Shown here one piece after another: positions 38,702-48,397 of a DNA stretch of 64,000 nt. Source of the stretch: a virus; IMG/VR virus record IMGVR_UViG_3300035703_000036, positions 40,663-104,662 of that record. One strand, written 5' to 3'. Below the pieces are notes generated by a model that saw only the letters and a program-made list of their open reading frames with translations, did not search any database and was not told the origin of the DNA. Both the position numbers and the translations under genes were made by a program. How positions within the stretch are numbered: the stretch's first letter is position 1; each line of letters begins with the position of its first letter.

Positions 38702-38759
38702 ATTATAACATTTTTATAAAAAACAATCAAGAAAAAAGATAGCACATAAGTACTTGATA
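38702..38759 (-). promoter_or_regulatory. Early sigma70-type promoter with upstream IHF-consensus site
   Basis: TTGATT-17 nt-TATAAT with extended TG (38702-38730); TATCAAGTACTTA (38747-38759) matches WATCAANNNNTTR. Confidence 0.7.
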
Positions 38760-38768
38760 TTAATGAAG

Positions 38769-38789
38769 AAGGCCCCTTCATGGGGCCTT
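38769..38789 (-). terminator. Hairpin/terminator after recA
   Basis: AAGGCCCC-N5-GGGGCCTT, weak U-tract. Confidence 0.65.
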
Positions 38790-38808
38790 TGGGAGGGGAA
38801 GGAGAGAG

Positions 38809-39849
38809 TCACAGGTCTCTTGCGTAGACCTGATCTAGTATTTTCTTAGCAATTTTTTCGTCCTTCAAAGCCTCAGCAAACTCGGCTTTGGAACTATACT
38901 GTACGCCATCCATGACGTAAGTTCTATTATTTGGTCGCTCTACAAGACCTAAATTTTTTGCCATCTCAAAAACTTCTTCATAAGTATTAACGAGACCTTC
39001 TTTGTAGCTCAAAGTAAATTCACCGCTTCTTCCTGCCACACCTACTGATGATTCGGACATCTTAGCGTAAATTTTATGTCCTGTTACTTCTTTATTTCCA
39101 CGAAAATCTTTTGCGCCATCATCCTCAAATTTATTTCCCAAAACATCTGCTTTACTCTCGGCACTATTATCTCTTTTGATTTCTACAAAATATTCAAAGA
39201 AATGTTTTTGAGCCCAAGCTCCGGCCATTTTTTCTTTTGGGCCATACATGCCAGCATCTAAATTAGCTCTGATATGTGAAGTACAAATTAAGGCTATTTT
39301 ATGTTTTCTAATAATAGGCAAAATAGCTTTCAATCCTTTCTGAATAGTAAGCGCGCTATCTCCGATTTGTTGATTAGTAATACTTTCTGCTTGAGATTCG
39401 CGAATACCCTGAATGCCCTGAAGTGAATCGATAACAATCAACTTAAGAGGCATTCCGTCCTCAACCATAGGTGCGATTTCGCGCACAATCCTATCAAAAA
39501 TTAATTCTGGCTGGTTTACGTTATATGCGATATATCTATCTTGATCAACGCCCCAATAATCGGCCATCTGACCTTCTTCTCTCATTTCTGTATTAAATTT
39601 GATGACCATAGCGTTTTTATCTGCCTGATGCAATGCTCCTGCAAACAAATTTGATACTAAAGATTTACCTGATTTTGGAGGGCCAAAAAGAACCGCACTA
39701 TATCCAAAAGGAATGCCTGCTCCCTTTCCAAAAATCCAATTTAAACTAGGTGATTTTGATTGTAATACATTTCCTTTTGCAAAAGGATCGTATTCTTTAT
39801 CTACCGCTCCATCCATGCTTTGGAGAGTCTTCATCCATTTATTACTCAT
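38809..39849 (-). CDS. recA: RecA/UvsX recombinase
   Basis: SPSLNW..GIP.G, GPPKSGKS, LIVIDSL. Confidence 0.92.
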   Translation of the reverse strand: MSNKWMKTLQSMDGAVDKEYDPFAKGNVLQSKSPSLNWIFGKGAGIPFGYSAVLFGPPKSGKSLVSNLFAGALHQADKNAMVIKFNTEMREEGQMADYWGVDQDRYIAYNVNQPELIFDRIVREIAPMVEDGMPLKLIVIDSLQGIQGIRESQAESITNQQIGDSALTIQKGLKAILPIIRKHKIALICTSHIRANLDAGMYGPKEKMAGAWAQKHFFEYFVEIKRDNSAESKADVLGNKFEDDGAKDFRGNKEVTGHKIYAKMSESSVGVAGRSGEFTLSYKEGLVNTYEEVFEMAKNLGLVERPNNRTYVMDGVQYSSKAEFAEALKDEKIAKKILDQVYARDL

Positions 39850-39857
39850 ATTTACTC

Positions 39858-40385
39858 CTATTTAGTTACGTATTTATCGCCAGAAATTCCGCTTCTAATT
39901 ACTAAGTCCATTTCTTTCTTGATAAATCTAGAAACATTTTCAAAATATTTAATATAGCTACCTTCAATAAGTTCAGACATAGCCTTTAAAGAATCGATCC
40001 TATCCTGAGCTTCAACATAATCTTTTTGCTTTTCTAAAAAAGCATCCCTGATTGTAGCGTTGTCCTTCAATCCCTTATCCTTAAGAAATTGAGGATAATC
40101 ATCTAAAATTGCTCTTGATCTGGCTTCTCTAAGGGCTTTTTCTGCCTGAGTTATCTCATAATTAATGACGGTTAATATCTTCTTTCCTTGACGATATCCT
40201 TCATTAAAAGTGTATTCTAAATCATAGTAGGTAGCAGGGTTAACAGCTTTAGCTTCGATCAATCTTTTTCTAGCGTCCATCATCTTAGTCATATCAAGAT
40301 AAATTGCTGGCTTGGAATTAAAGGCCGGTATTACTAACTCGGCCTTTTCGTCAAAATTTGTAGGCAAAGATTGATCGTTGCTCAT
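39858..40385 (-). CDS. UvsY-like recombination mediator (putative)
   Basis: Helical; lies between SSB and RecA; K.NATIRDAFL..QKDY pattern. Confidence 0.5.
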   Translation of the reverse strand: MSNDQSLPTNFDEKAELVIPAFNSKPAIYLDMTKMMDARKRLIEAKAVNPATYYDLEYTFNEGYRQGKKILTVINYEITQAEKALREARSRAILDDYPQFLKDKGLKDNATIRDAFLEKQKDYVEAQDRIDSLKAMSELIEGSYIKYFENVSRFIKKEMDLVIRSGISGDKYVTK

Positions 40386-41449
40386 TATCTACTTCCTAAA
40401 AAGCTCATAAAATCTTCATCGCTCATCTTGCTAATATCAACACCGCCCGCTGTAGCTGTCGTTGTTGTTACGGTTGCCGCCACAGTCGCTGTTGCGGTTT
40501 CTTGTTTTGATACATTTAACAAGTTTTCATCTACTGTAAGTGTTGCTGTTTTAGCGGTAGCACTTGTAGTATTTGAAGGTAGTACTTCAGATAAATTACT
40601 AGTTTGTTTTTTTAGAGCCGGCTGTTGCGTAACGGCTGTATCCATATCTGGCTCATCATCTTCCACTGTAGATGTTGATGTATTATTTTTTCTAGCTTCT
40701 AAAATTGCAGTAAGTGCTGAAGGCCCGCCTTTAACTACTGACTCTACTTCTTCAGGACTTAATCTTAGATACATTTTATCAAGCTCTGTAGCTTCAGTTG
40801 ATAGCCTGCTCAAGATTCCATCGTCAAGCTTGTGGATAACATCTTTTTCAACCATTCCAATTCCATCTACTTTGATTTTTTCCTTAAGAACAGATACCTG
40901 ATGTAGTGTATCTAGACCTCTTCCGCTACGAGAAAAAACAAAAAAACGTCCGTTATTAACTGAGGTTGGATCGACGCCTTCAGACATTAATTTCTTAATA
41001 GTTTCATCTAGGGCCTGCTTTGCTCTATGAGGGATTTTAAGAACTCCAATTTGACCGTTTTTGTCAACCACATTCATGTGCCATTTAGAGTCTTGATTAA
41101 AGTTGTCTACCATTTCTTTAACTTTATTTAAGGTAGCTTCATCGGCGCCATTAATTTTAAGTTCATTAAGTTTTGCTTTTAATTGCTCACGACGAACATG
41201 TGCTGCTGATTCTACTTCGACCATCTTATTCTGTCTATTAACAACTCTTACATCCAAGAACGGCTTCATTCTACCTGAAGTATCTTTATACCCATATTCA
41301 ACACGGTAAAATACTGCCCAAGTTTTCTTGTCAGCTAGATCAAACATAGGAGGTAGAATACGGTATACGTTTTCCCCGTCTTTTAGTGAGAAGATGTTTT
41401 TCTTAGCACCTTGCTTTTCATAACTTGCTGTTCCAATTTTAACGCTCAT
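40385..41449 (-). CDS. gp32-like single-stranded DNA-binding protein
   Basis: LKDGENVYRILPP, DPTSVNNGRFFVFSRSGRGLDT, low-complexity linker, acidic/aromatic tail. Confidence 0.8.
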   Translation of the reverse strand: MSVKIGTASYEKQGAKKNIFSLKDGENVYRILPPMFDLADKKTWAVFYRVEYGYKDTSGRMKPFLDVRVVNRQNKMVEVESAAHVRREQLKAKLNELKINGADEATLNKVKEMVDNFNQDSKWHMNVVDKNGQIGVLKIPHRAKQALDETIKKLMSEGVDPTSVNNGRFFVFSRSGRGLDTLHQVSVLKEKIKVDGIGMVEKDVIHKLDDGILSRLSTEATELDKMYLRLSPEEVESVVKGGPSALTAILEARKNNTSTSTVEDDEPDMDTAVTQQPALKKQTSNLSEVLPSNTTSATAKTATLTVDENLLNVSKQETATATVAATVTTTTATAGGVDISKMSDEDFMSFLGSR

Positions 41450-41476
41450 GTTTTTCTCCTTTTTTCAATTATACCA

Positions 41477-42247
41477 CTAATTAATGTTTTTTTTGATGGC
41501 AATTAATGCGCTTTCAATTTCTTTTTTTGATACTTTTTCAATTGTTACTGTTGATTGATTTAATAATTTTTCATTTTCTACTTTGCCCGCTGATATTAGG
41601 AATACATTTCTACTAATTAAAGACAAATCTTTTAATAGATTATTCAGAAGCTTTTCATCTTTAACATTAATCATTACCGGCACAGTTTTACCCTTGTACC
41701 CTTCGTTAATTGCCTGATGAGCGGCTTTGTCTATCGCAAACACACCGATGGCCTCAGATCCTACAATATCAGTAAAAACATCTCTCATCAATGAAATTAG
41801 GTCATCTTTACTCTTAAGAATTCTTTGATATTTAGTATCAAATAACATTGCTTTAAAACTAGAAATCCCAATATCTCTTGCAATTTTTTCAAAGTTAGCT
41901 TGAATTAAATCAAAAACCTTAGAAGAAGAAGATTGATTTAAGTAGTTAGCTTCATGAATTTCGTCAGCAATAGTTATCAACATATCGTCGGAATTACTCG
42001 TAAAGCAATTAAAGTCTTTTTTACATATAGAGATAACCTTATCGGATTCATCACCATTAACTAGCATAAAAACTACATTATTAAGAACTTCTTTTCTATA
42101 TTCTAGAAAAAGTTCTTCTAGGTCTTCTTTTGCCTTTCTTTTCATTCCCATTCTCATATTAAGAGTAGAAGGGTTGCTGCCGTCTATTTCCATAGTTGCT
42201 AATTTTTTTGTTTCATCAATTTTCTCTAATAGATTTTCAAAGCTCAT
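41477..42247 (-). CDS. Hypothetical protein
   Basis: 256-aa ORF, ATGA coupling, GGAGG SD. Confidence 0.75.
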   Translation of the reverse strand: MSFENLLEKIDETKKLATMEIDGSNPSTLNMRMGMKRKAKEDLEELFLEYRKEVLNNVVFMLVNGDESDKVISICKKDFNCFTSNSDDMLITIADEIHEANYLNQSSSSKVFDLIQANFEKIARDIGISSFKAMLFDTKYQRILKSKDDLISLMRDVFTDIVGSEAIGVFAIDKAAHQAINEGYKGKTVPVMINVKDEKLLNNLLKDLSLISRNVFLISAGKVENEKLLNQSTVTIEKVSKKEIESALIAIKKNIN

Positions 42248-42486
42248 TTTAAACCTCCTAAGCCAAAATATCCTTTAACTTTTTCATCTGTGTCAAATTG
42301 TTTAACTGTATTTTCCATATTTTCTATACCAAAAATATTATTAGTAAAACTCTTCTGAATTCTAAACTTTCCTTCTTTATAAAAAATATCTAAAAACATT
42401 GTAGATTGATCTAAAGACATTAGAATATTAATTTTTAAATCCCTTGAGATTTTTTTTGTCTCAATTAATCTTTTTTCTATTTCCAT
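42244..42486 (-). CDS. Hypothetical protein
   Basis: AAGGAG SD. Confidence 0.7.
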   Translation of the reverse strand: MEIEKRLIETKKISRDLKINILMSLDQSTMFLDIFYKEGKFRIQKSFTNNIFGIENMENTVKQFDTDEKVKGYFGLGGLK

Positions 42487-42494
42487 AAATCTCC

Positions 42495-43160
42495 TTAATC
42501 CTTGAATAATTTACCAGTATATATTGCCGTAGCTTGACTTGTTCCAGTTAAAGACGGTATACCCTTTTGAACTCCGTCTTCCTTGTCTTCAACTATATTA
42601 CCATAATTAGATTTAAAATTACCTATTGAAGTGCTAGATCCTATAACTCTAAATAAGCTCGTATTCTTAACCATTGTTTTATAACATGCAGGATAAGTAT
42701 TGCATTCTTTGTTTAAATTCACTCCGTCATTTCCAGCGGCTACTGACATGCCTATATTTTGGCTATTTATTTTATTTAATAAAACATATTCTTTAATATT
42801 AAATCCATCACCAGCAAGCGACATGTTTACCCAGATTACATTTTTTTGCTCTAAAACCATATCTAAAGATTTATTTAGGCCTTCCATAGCCCCTTCTCCT
42901 CCAAATCCTGAGTGAAATTTGATGGATACAATACAGTATTCTTTTGAGTTGATTTGGTCTCCAATTAGACCGGTAATGTTAGATCCATGAGGATGCTGAG
43001 CAAGTCCTTTATCATCTACGGCAGATAAGACTCCATGATCGCACATGTAGTCCTTAGACTTTTGAGATATTGACACGCCCGTATCGATAACTACTATTTT
43101 CTTTCTCTCTAAGGAAAAGACTTCAGAAGCAAAAATTAACGAGAATATTATTCCGATCAT
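42495..43160 (-). CDS. Compact subtilisin-like (S8) serine protease with signal peptide
   Basis: VIDTG, HPHGSNITG, AAGND, GTSQAT; ATG 43160 with GGAGG SD and own promoter. Confidence 0.88.
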   Translation of the reverse strand: MIGIIFSLIFASEVFSLERKKIVVIDTGVSISQKSKDYMCDHGVLSAVDDKGLAQHPHGSNITGLIGDQINSKEYCIVSIKFHSGFGGEGAMEGLNKSLDMVLEQKNVIWVNMSLAGDGFNIKEYVLLNKINSQNIGMSVAAGNDGVNLNKECNTYPACYKTMVKNTSLFRVIGSSTSIGNFKSNYGNIVEDKEDGVQKGIPSLTGTSQATAIYTGKLFKD

Positions 43161-43175
43161 AAAACCTCCAAAAAA

Positions 43176-43205
43176 ATTATACCATGAAATAGGCTTAGTT
43201 GTCAA
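43176..43205 (-). promoter_or_regulatory. Consensus sigma70 promoter for the subtilase
   Basis: TTGACA-18 nt-TATAAT with extended TG, overlapping the dnaE 3' end. Confidence 0.75.
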
Positions 43206-46200
43206 TATAAGAATCTACTGAGGTTTTTATTATTGACATCCAAGGGCTATTTGCTTTCTTGTGGTAAAAAAAGTGAACAATACATCCTTTTTTTAGATCT
43301 TTAGGATAAGATAATAATCCGGTTTCTCTATCGGGCCAAATTACTTTTTCTGAAATATAGCCTGAGCTATCGATTAATATTTTTAAAGCTTTTTTAGTTC
43401 CATTTTTATAGGCAAATTCTTTAGCGTCTATGACATATCCGCTAACGCAAAAATATACATCAGAATTGGTCTCCATAGAATCTAATCTTTGCAAAACTTC
43501 TCCGCTAAAGTAATTAAATTCTTTTCCTGTTTCATCACAAATTACAGGCTGTTTTCTGTCTGAAAATATCTTTAATTTAGAATCTTTAAGTAATATTCTG
43601 TGTAAGTCCATGATCATTGTAGGAAATACATTCTTTTTTAATAAGAAGTCTTGCTTAGGAGAGAGACCTAGAAATCTTTCGTCTATCTTTCCTTTCTTAG
43701 GAGGCTGAGCTTTTACGCCTTCGTTAATCTTTTTATTGTAAAGCCTTATTCTTTCAGCGTCTTCTAGTCTTTGCATTTTCTGTTCTAAATCAAGGCCCGA
43801 TTCAAACAAGCTATCTAAAACTCCAACATGCGTTAATTTTCTAGACAATTCCATTCCACAAGGGTTTTTATTTACAAAATCCTGAATATCTTTGTAGGGT
43901 CTTTTTTGGATAATGTTTTCAGATACCTTTGCACCTAAACCACTAATAATAGATAGCTTTGATCTAATTTTGCCGGTCGTATAATCGATAATCATTTCTT
44001 CGCTAGATAGGTTTATATCTGGAGCAATTACAATATCTTTAACATGTTTCCAAAAAATTTCTTTAATCTCTTTTTCTTCGGCGTTTGATAGAACTGAAGC
44101 CCACCATTCTAAAGGATAGTGATGTTTTAAATACATACAGGCATAGGATATCATAGAATACCCTACAGCGTGAATAATTGAAAAACCGTATCGAGCAAAA
44201 GTTTCCATCTGATTCCAGATCTCCTCTGCCGTCATCTGATCAACAACCGTAACTGCACCTTCCATAAATTTAGGCTTTAGAGCGGCAAGATCTTTCTTTC
44301 TTTTCTTGCTCATGAAAATACGAAGATTTTCAGCATCAATCGGATTCATCTTACCTATTTCTTTTCCGATTTTTGTGATGTCTTCTTGAAAACATAAAAT
44401 ACCGTAAGTATCTGGAAGCAACTCTTCCATTATCGGTATTTTACAGCTAGAATTACCGAATCTTCTTTCGATGTATTCCTCTGCCATGTTTCTTCCGGTT
44501 TCTGGATCGATAAAATCAAGAGGGCCTGGTCTAACTAAAGCTGAAATTGTCGCCATGTCCATAATAGATCTAGGGCATATCTTTTTAACAAAAGGATACA
44601 TTGATACTGTGTTTAACTGAAAGATACTAACCGTATCTCCGTTATTTAACTGATCATAAACCGCATCATCATGCGGGAGATCCCAAATGTATTCTTCTTT
44701 TCCGTCTTTAATAAAGTTACCGGCAACTAGGTTATCTCCATTTTTCTGATTAATTTTTTTTATTGTCATACCAATATCTTTCAAAGCGGAAACTACTAGA
44801 AAGTCGTATTTGATTAGCTTTGCCCATTCCACCTGTTTAGCTTCAAACTGTGTAATGCTGCCAACCCCTCCGACTTCAAAAGTAGGGATAATATCTGTAA
44901 TTGGTTTATTGGCAATAACAAAAGCGCAGGCATGGCGGCCAAATTGACGAGAGATACCTAGAGCTTTTTGAACTACTTCCCATTCATCCGGTCTATTTTT
45001 AATGTATTTTTTTAAATCTGAAGATTTCTCTATTAACCCCTCAACATGGTTCCCTTCTTCGTCAGTATAGCCAAAAACAAAATCTTTATCGTTAATGCCT
45101 TGTGGAGCGGAGGGTAATGATTTTGTAAAATCTTCGATTGACTCTTCTACGCTTCCTTTTTTATATCTGTTTACATCCTTAATTGATGACTTCAATCTCA
45201 AAAGCGTTCTTGTCGATATTTGAGCGGCTTTATCTCCCCATCTGCTATATAGATATCCCGACTGACCATTAGAGCCAACCAAAAGCTCTCTATGGGGCAA
45301 ATCTACGTCCACATCGGGAAAATTACCCTGCTGAATACGATCGGCTGATAGAAATCTGGAAAATGGTAAATTATATTTGATTGGATTTAGCTGTGTAATA
45401 CCCATAAGATAAAGAAGCAACGATCCGCCAGCAGATCCGCGAGAAGGGCCTGTAACTTCGCCTTTTTCCTTGTAATGATTTAAAATATCTCTAATTGGAA
45501 AAAAGTAAGGAATGAGGTTAATTACACCGTTGTTTTTAATAACGTCGATTTCATGCTTAAGCCTCTCTACATAAACCGGATCTTCCCACTTCATCCTTCC
45601 GTTTTCTTTAATGATCTGAATCATTTTCTTTTCAAAATCAGGGCCAGCATCTGGTAAACTATAGTCATACTCTAGTTTAAAATTATCAAAAAGAGAGGCC
45701 CAGTTATTGTTGTTTTCAATAATAGACAAAACATCTTCCTGTGACATACCCATTTTTGTAGACAAATATTCGTAAGCCTCATCGCCGCTTTTCATGTGCG
45801 TATACTGCGATATTTTACGGTCTTCCAGCATCATATCCTGTACCATTTTATCATCCTTATTGGCATAATAAGAATATGAGGATAGAAGAATTTTATCGTT
45901 ATTTCTATTTGCTAAAGCCTTAATTAATTTATTGGCAATTAATTGTAAATCACCCTGTTCAAAATTTGTAAACTTAGAAATTAAAACCGCGGTCTTGATT
46001 GGCTTATTTACTGGGTATTTAATTTTATTAATGTAGATAGATTTTAAAATTTTATGCTTATTGTATCTATCTTCAGCCAGTTCCTTAGCTATCATATTTG
46101 TTTTAGATTCACTTTCAACCCTATCTGTGGAAGGTATGCTAACAATATGTCCGTTTATATTCAGCTCTACAAAACTTTGCCAGTATTGAGAATGTTCAAA

Positions 46201-46740
46201 AGGAATAATACAAGCAAAAAAGTTGTCTTTAAAAATAGATTTTAACTTAGAATAATATTTTACGCTTAGATCTGGTCTGTTTACTAGTAAATGTTTTGAT
46301 ACCATACACTCTATATTACTAGTGCATACGGTAACGTTTTCCTTAGATAGCTCTTCTAGATCGGCCCAGTTAAAAATAGGATATTTATTTTCATTAATAA
46401 TAATTGTATCTTTTTTATCAGAAGACATCTTTATCATTTTTTGATAAGATTTTTGATCTTTAAAATGTACAACTAATTGAAAATATTTAATTTTTTCTGA
46501 TTCTGTATTTTTAATAATATCACAGTTTTTATCTTTAAAATAAATCTCAACCCCTGCGATAGTTTTTACGTTAGATTTTTGCCCCATATTGTAGGCCTTC
46601 AATATAGACATCATATAGCCATGATCAGTTACGGCTAGATATTTTAAGCCTAATTCCTTAGTTCTACCGATCATTAGATCAACAGTAGATGCCGATAAAT
46701 AGGACTCAATATGGTTTACTGGGCTTACAAAATTAATCAT
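43195..46740 (-). CDS. dnaE: DNA polymerase III alpha subunit (family C)
   Basis: PHP domain (AVTDHG), GPSRGSAGGSL, FPDVDVD, KYDFL, RPGPL, ILCFQEDI, FARYGF..H. Confidence 0.95.
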   Translation of the reverse strand: MINFVSPVNHIESYLSASTVDLMIGRTKELGLKYLAVTDHGYMMSILKAYNMGQKSNVKTIAGVEIYFKDKNCDIIKNTESEKIKYFQLVVHFKDQKSYQKMIKMSSDKKDTIIINENKYPIFNWADLEELSKENVTVCTSNIECMVSKHLLVNRPDLSVKYYSKLKSIFKDNFFACIIPFEHSQYWQSFVELNINGHIVSIPSTDRVESESKTNMIAKELAEDRYNKHKILKSIYINKIKYPVNKPIKTAVLISKFTNFEQGDLQLIANKLIKALANRNNDKILLSSYSYYANKDDKMVQDMMLEDRKISQYTHMKSGDEAYEYLSTKMGMSQEDVLSIIENNNNWASLFDNFKLEYDYSLPDAGPDFEKKMIQIIKENGRMKWEDPVYVERLKHEIDVIKNNGVINLIPYFFPIRDILNHYKEKGEVTGPSRGSAGGSLLLYLMGITQLNPIKYNLPFSRFLSADRIQQGNFPDVDVDLPHRELLVGSNGQSGYLYSRWGDKAAQISTRTLLRLKSSIKDVNRYKKGSVEESIEDFTKSLPSAPQGINDKDFVFGYTDEEGNHVEGLIEKSSDLKKYIKNRPDEWEVVQKALGISRQFGRHACAFVIANKPITDIIPTFEVGGVGSITQFEAKQVEWAKLIKYDFLVVSALKDIGMTIKKINQKNGDNLVAGNFIKDGKEEYIWDLPHDDAVYDQLNNGDTVSIFQLNTVSMYPFVKKICPRSIMDMATISALVRPGPLDFIDPETGRNMAEEYIERRFGNSSCKIPIMEELLPDTYGILCFQEDITKIGKEIGKMNPIDAENLRIFMSKKRKKDLAALKPKFMEGAVTVVDQMTAEEIWNQMETFARYGFSIIHAVGYSMISYACMYLKHHYPLEWWASVLSNAEEKEIKEIFWKHVKDIVIAPDINLSSEEMIIDYTTGKIRSKLSIISGLGAKVSENIIQKRPYKDIQDFVNKNPCGMELSRKLTHVGVLDSLFESGLDLEQKMQRLEDAERIRLYNKKINEGVKAQPPKKGKIDERFLGLSPKQDFLLKKNVFPTMIMDLHRILLKDSKLKIFSDRKQPVICDETGKEFNYFSGEVLQRLDSMETNSDVYFCVSGYVIDAKEFAYKNGTKKALKILIDSSGYISEKVIWPDRETGLLSYPKDLKKGCIVHFFYHKKANSPWMSIIKTSVDSYIDN

Positions 46741-47375
46741 TGTTCAATAATCGCAAGTAGTGAGTTATTTGAAGATCCTGCAAAATCTGTCTTTTTGCTT
46801 ATAAACATATTTTTAAATTTTTTATAAACTTCAATTGTCATCAAAACATCTTCCTTTTCATTGTGGTAATCTCCACTTGGAATATTAAAATATTTGACTA
46901 AACTTTCTAAATTTCCTAAATCATCAGGAATAAAACTTATATCTTTTAAAAACGTTACAATCTGCAGGGTGTCTAGAGAGTTGTAGTGAACCCCTAATTC
47001 GTCAGACCATACATCTTCCGGTATTAGAAAAGCATTAACAGCCTTAATATCATAGGCTACATTTTGACCTAATGGTCTAAAATGTTTTCTTTTATTTTTT
47101 ATTTTATGTTTTTTAAGAAAGGCAATTAATAGTTTGGATGCCTCAGAATATACTATAGCTTCTTTATCGTGTTCTTCCAGATTAATTTTGGTTATTTTTA
47201 AAGCTTCTTCGGTTACATTGTATTCTTGTCCGGCGCTTTTATCGGGCTTTATTTTCAAATGGATATCATCTATAAACTCTAAGCTATCGCTTAAAACTCT
47301 CATATAGATGGTTAGTGGAGAGTGTTTTTGAGGATCTTTTCCTCCGGTTTCTAGGTCAAAAGCTAAAATATTCAT
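46737..47375 (-). CDS. dnaQ: DEDDh 3'-5' exonuclease (epsilon-like)
   Basis: FDLETGG, GQNVAYD, LDTL, HNEKEDV; ATGA-coupled to dnaE. Confidence 0.85.
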   Translation of the reverse strand: MNILAFDLETGGKDPQKHSPLTIYMRVLSDSLEFIDDIHLKIKPDKSAGQEYNVTEEALKITKINLEEHDKEAIVYSEASKLLIAFLKKHKIKNKRKHFRPLGQNVAYDIKAVNAFLIPEDVWSDELGVHYNSLDTLQIVTFLKDISFIPDDLGNLESLVKYFNIPSGDYHNEKEDVLMTIEVYKKFKNMFISKKTDFAGSSNNSLLAIIEQ

Positions 47376-47399
47376 AATACCTCTTACCCTATTATACCA

Positions 47400-47618
47400 T
47401 TATTTTATATTAATGCAATCTCTTATTTTATTCACCGCTGATTGAAATATATCTTCAACTTCTTTTTCAGAGATCATGAGGGCTTTAGCGATTTTGTCGT
47501 TATCTAATCCATCTGGATTTTTTTGAATTAATAATTTTAACGAGTTATTTAGTCTAGGATAGTAGATAAAATCTTCTTCATTTTCAATTCTTAATCTAAT
47601 CTTGTCCGTTACCGCCAC
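47400..47618 (-). CDS. Stand-alone sigma region-4-like HTH protein (72 aa)
   Basis: GLDNDKIAKALMISEKEVEDIFQSAVNKIR matches sigma4.2 hydrophobic pattern; GTG 47618 after AAAGGA. Confidence 0.65.
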   Translation of the reverse strand: MAVTDKIRLRIENEEDFIYYPRLNNSLKLLIQKNPDGLDNDKIAKALMISEKEVEDIFQSAVNKIRDCINIK

Positions 47619-47997
47619 TTTCCTTTTTTCTGAAGAGCAGGACAACTTTTTCTTTTTCTCTGTTTTTGTATTCATTTTCATATTCCTTTGCAATTAATTC
47701 ATACTCTCTTTGAAGCTTGTCTAATCTGTTGGCGATTTTATTTCTAACTGAAGTTATTTTTTCAAGTTTTTGCCTTACAAAATCTAATTCTATTATTGAC
47801 TTCCTATACTCAGAGGCCACAGTTATTATTTCTGGTTTTTTAAGCAGGGTAATATTGTCTATAAGAGTGTCTATTAATTTAGACATATAAGCAATGTCTT
47901 CGTTATAACTTAGCAGGTCTTGTTCCATTATATTTAGCTCTATTTCCATAGCTATTAATCGTCCTGCTAAATCTTTAAATTTTTGTTTATCACTCAT
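47596..47997 (-). CDS. Coiled-coil hypothetical protein
   Basis: Heptad pattern; overlaps neighbours. Confidence 0.7.
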   Translation of the reverse strand: MSDKQKFKDLAGRLIAMEIELNIMEQDLLSYNEDIAYMSKLIDTLIDNITLLKKPEIITVASEYRKSIIELDFVRQKLEKITSVRNKIANRLDKLQREYELIAKEYENEYKNREKEKVVLLFRKKESGGNGQD

Positions 47998-48319
47998 TAA
48001 TTTTTTCCGCAGAACCGCATGACAAGCATTTCATCATGTGAGAATTTTTTCTCTTTATAATTCTGACTTTTTCACTATAGCATTGAGAACAGCTACCAGA
48101 ATTTTGTGTGGATGACTTTTTATCGTTAGCTCCGATTAAATCTTCTAGCTTTTTGTTTTTAGTCATTTCTTTTATGTGATGTTGAGTTTTATACCAAGCA
48201 TCCTCTAAGGTTTGTATTTCTGATTTAAGCTTTTTATTCTCTGACACTAATCCTCTTACTTTCTCTTTTAGTCTTCTATTTTCTTCGGCCAGATATTTTT
48301 CTTCTTTTTTATCACTCAT
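47990..48319 (-). CDS. Coiled-coil protein with C-terminal zinc ribbon
   Basis: CSQC..CLSC. Confidence 0.7.
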   Translation of the reverse strand: MSDKKEEKYLAEENRRLKEKVRGLVSENKKLKSEIQTLEDAWYKTQHHIKEMTKNKKLEDLIGANDKKSSTQNSGSCSQCYSEKVRIIKRKNSHMMKCLSCGSAEKINE

Positions 48320-48371
48320 ATTTTCCCTGCCATTTATAAAATATTACCATAAAACAGCATTTTAAAAACTA

Positions 48372-48397
48372 AAAAGCCCCTTTCGGGGCTATTTTTT
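48372..48397. terminator. Intrinsic terminator
   Basis: AAAAGCCCC-TTTC-GGGGCTATTTTT. Confidence 0.8.

Noticed and set aside
40371-40901. 176-aa plus-strand ORF and other short antisense ORFs in the track
   Set aside because: Shadow frames opposite well-supported genes, without SD or motifs
41477-42247. dNMP-kinase-like fold
   Set aside because: The secondary-structure pattern is suggestive but there is no P-loop GKS/T; unsupported without a structure search
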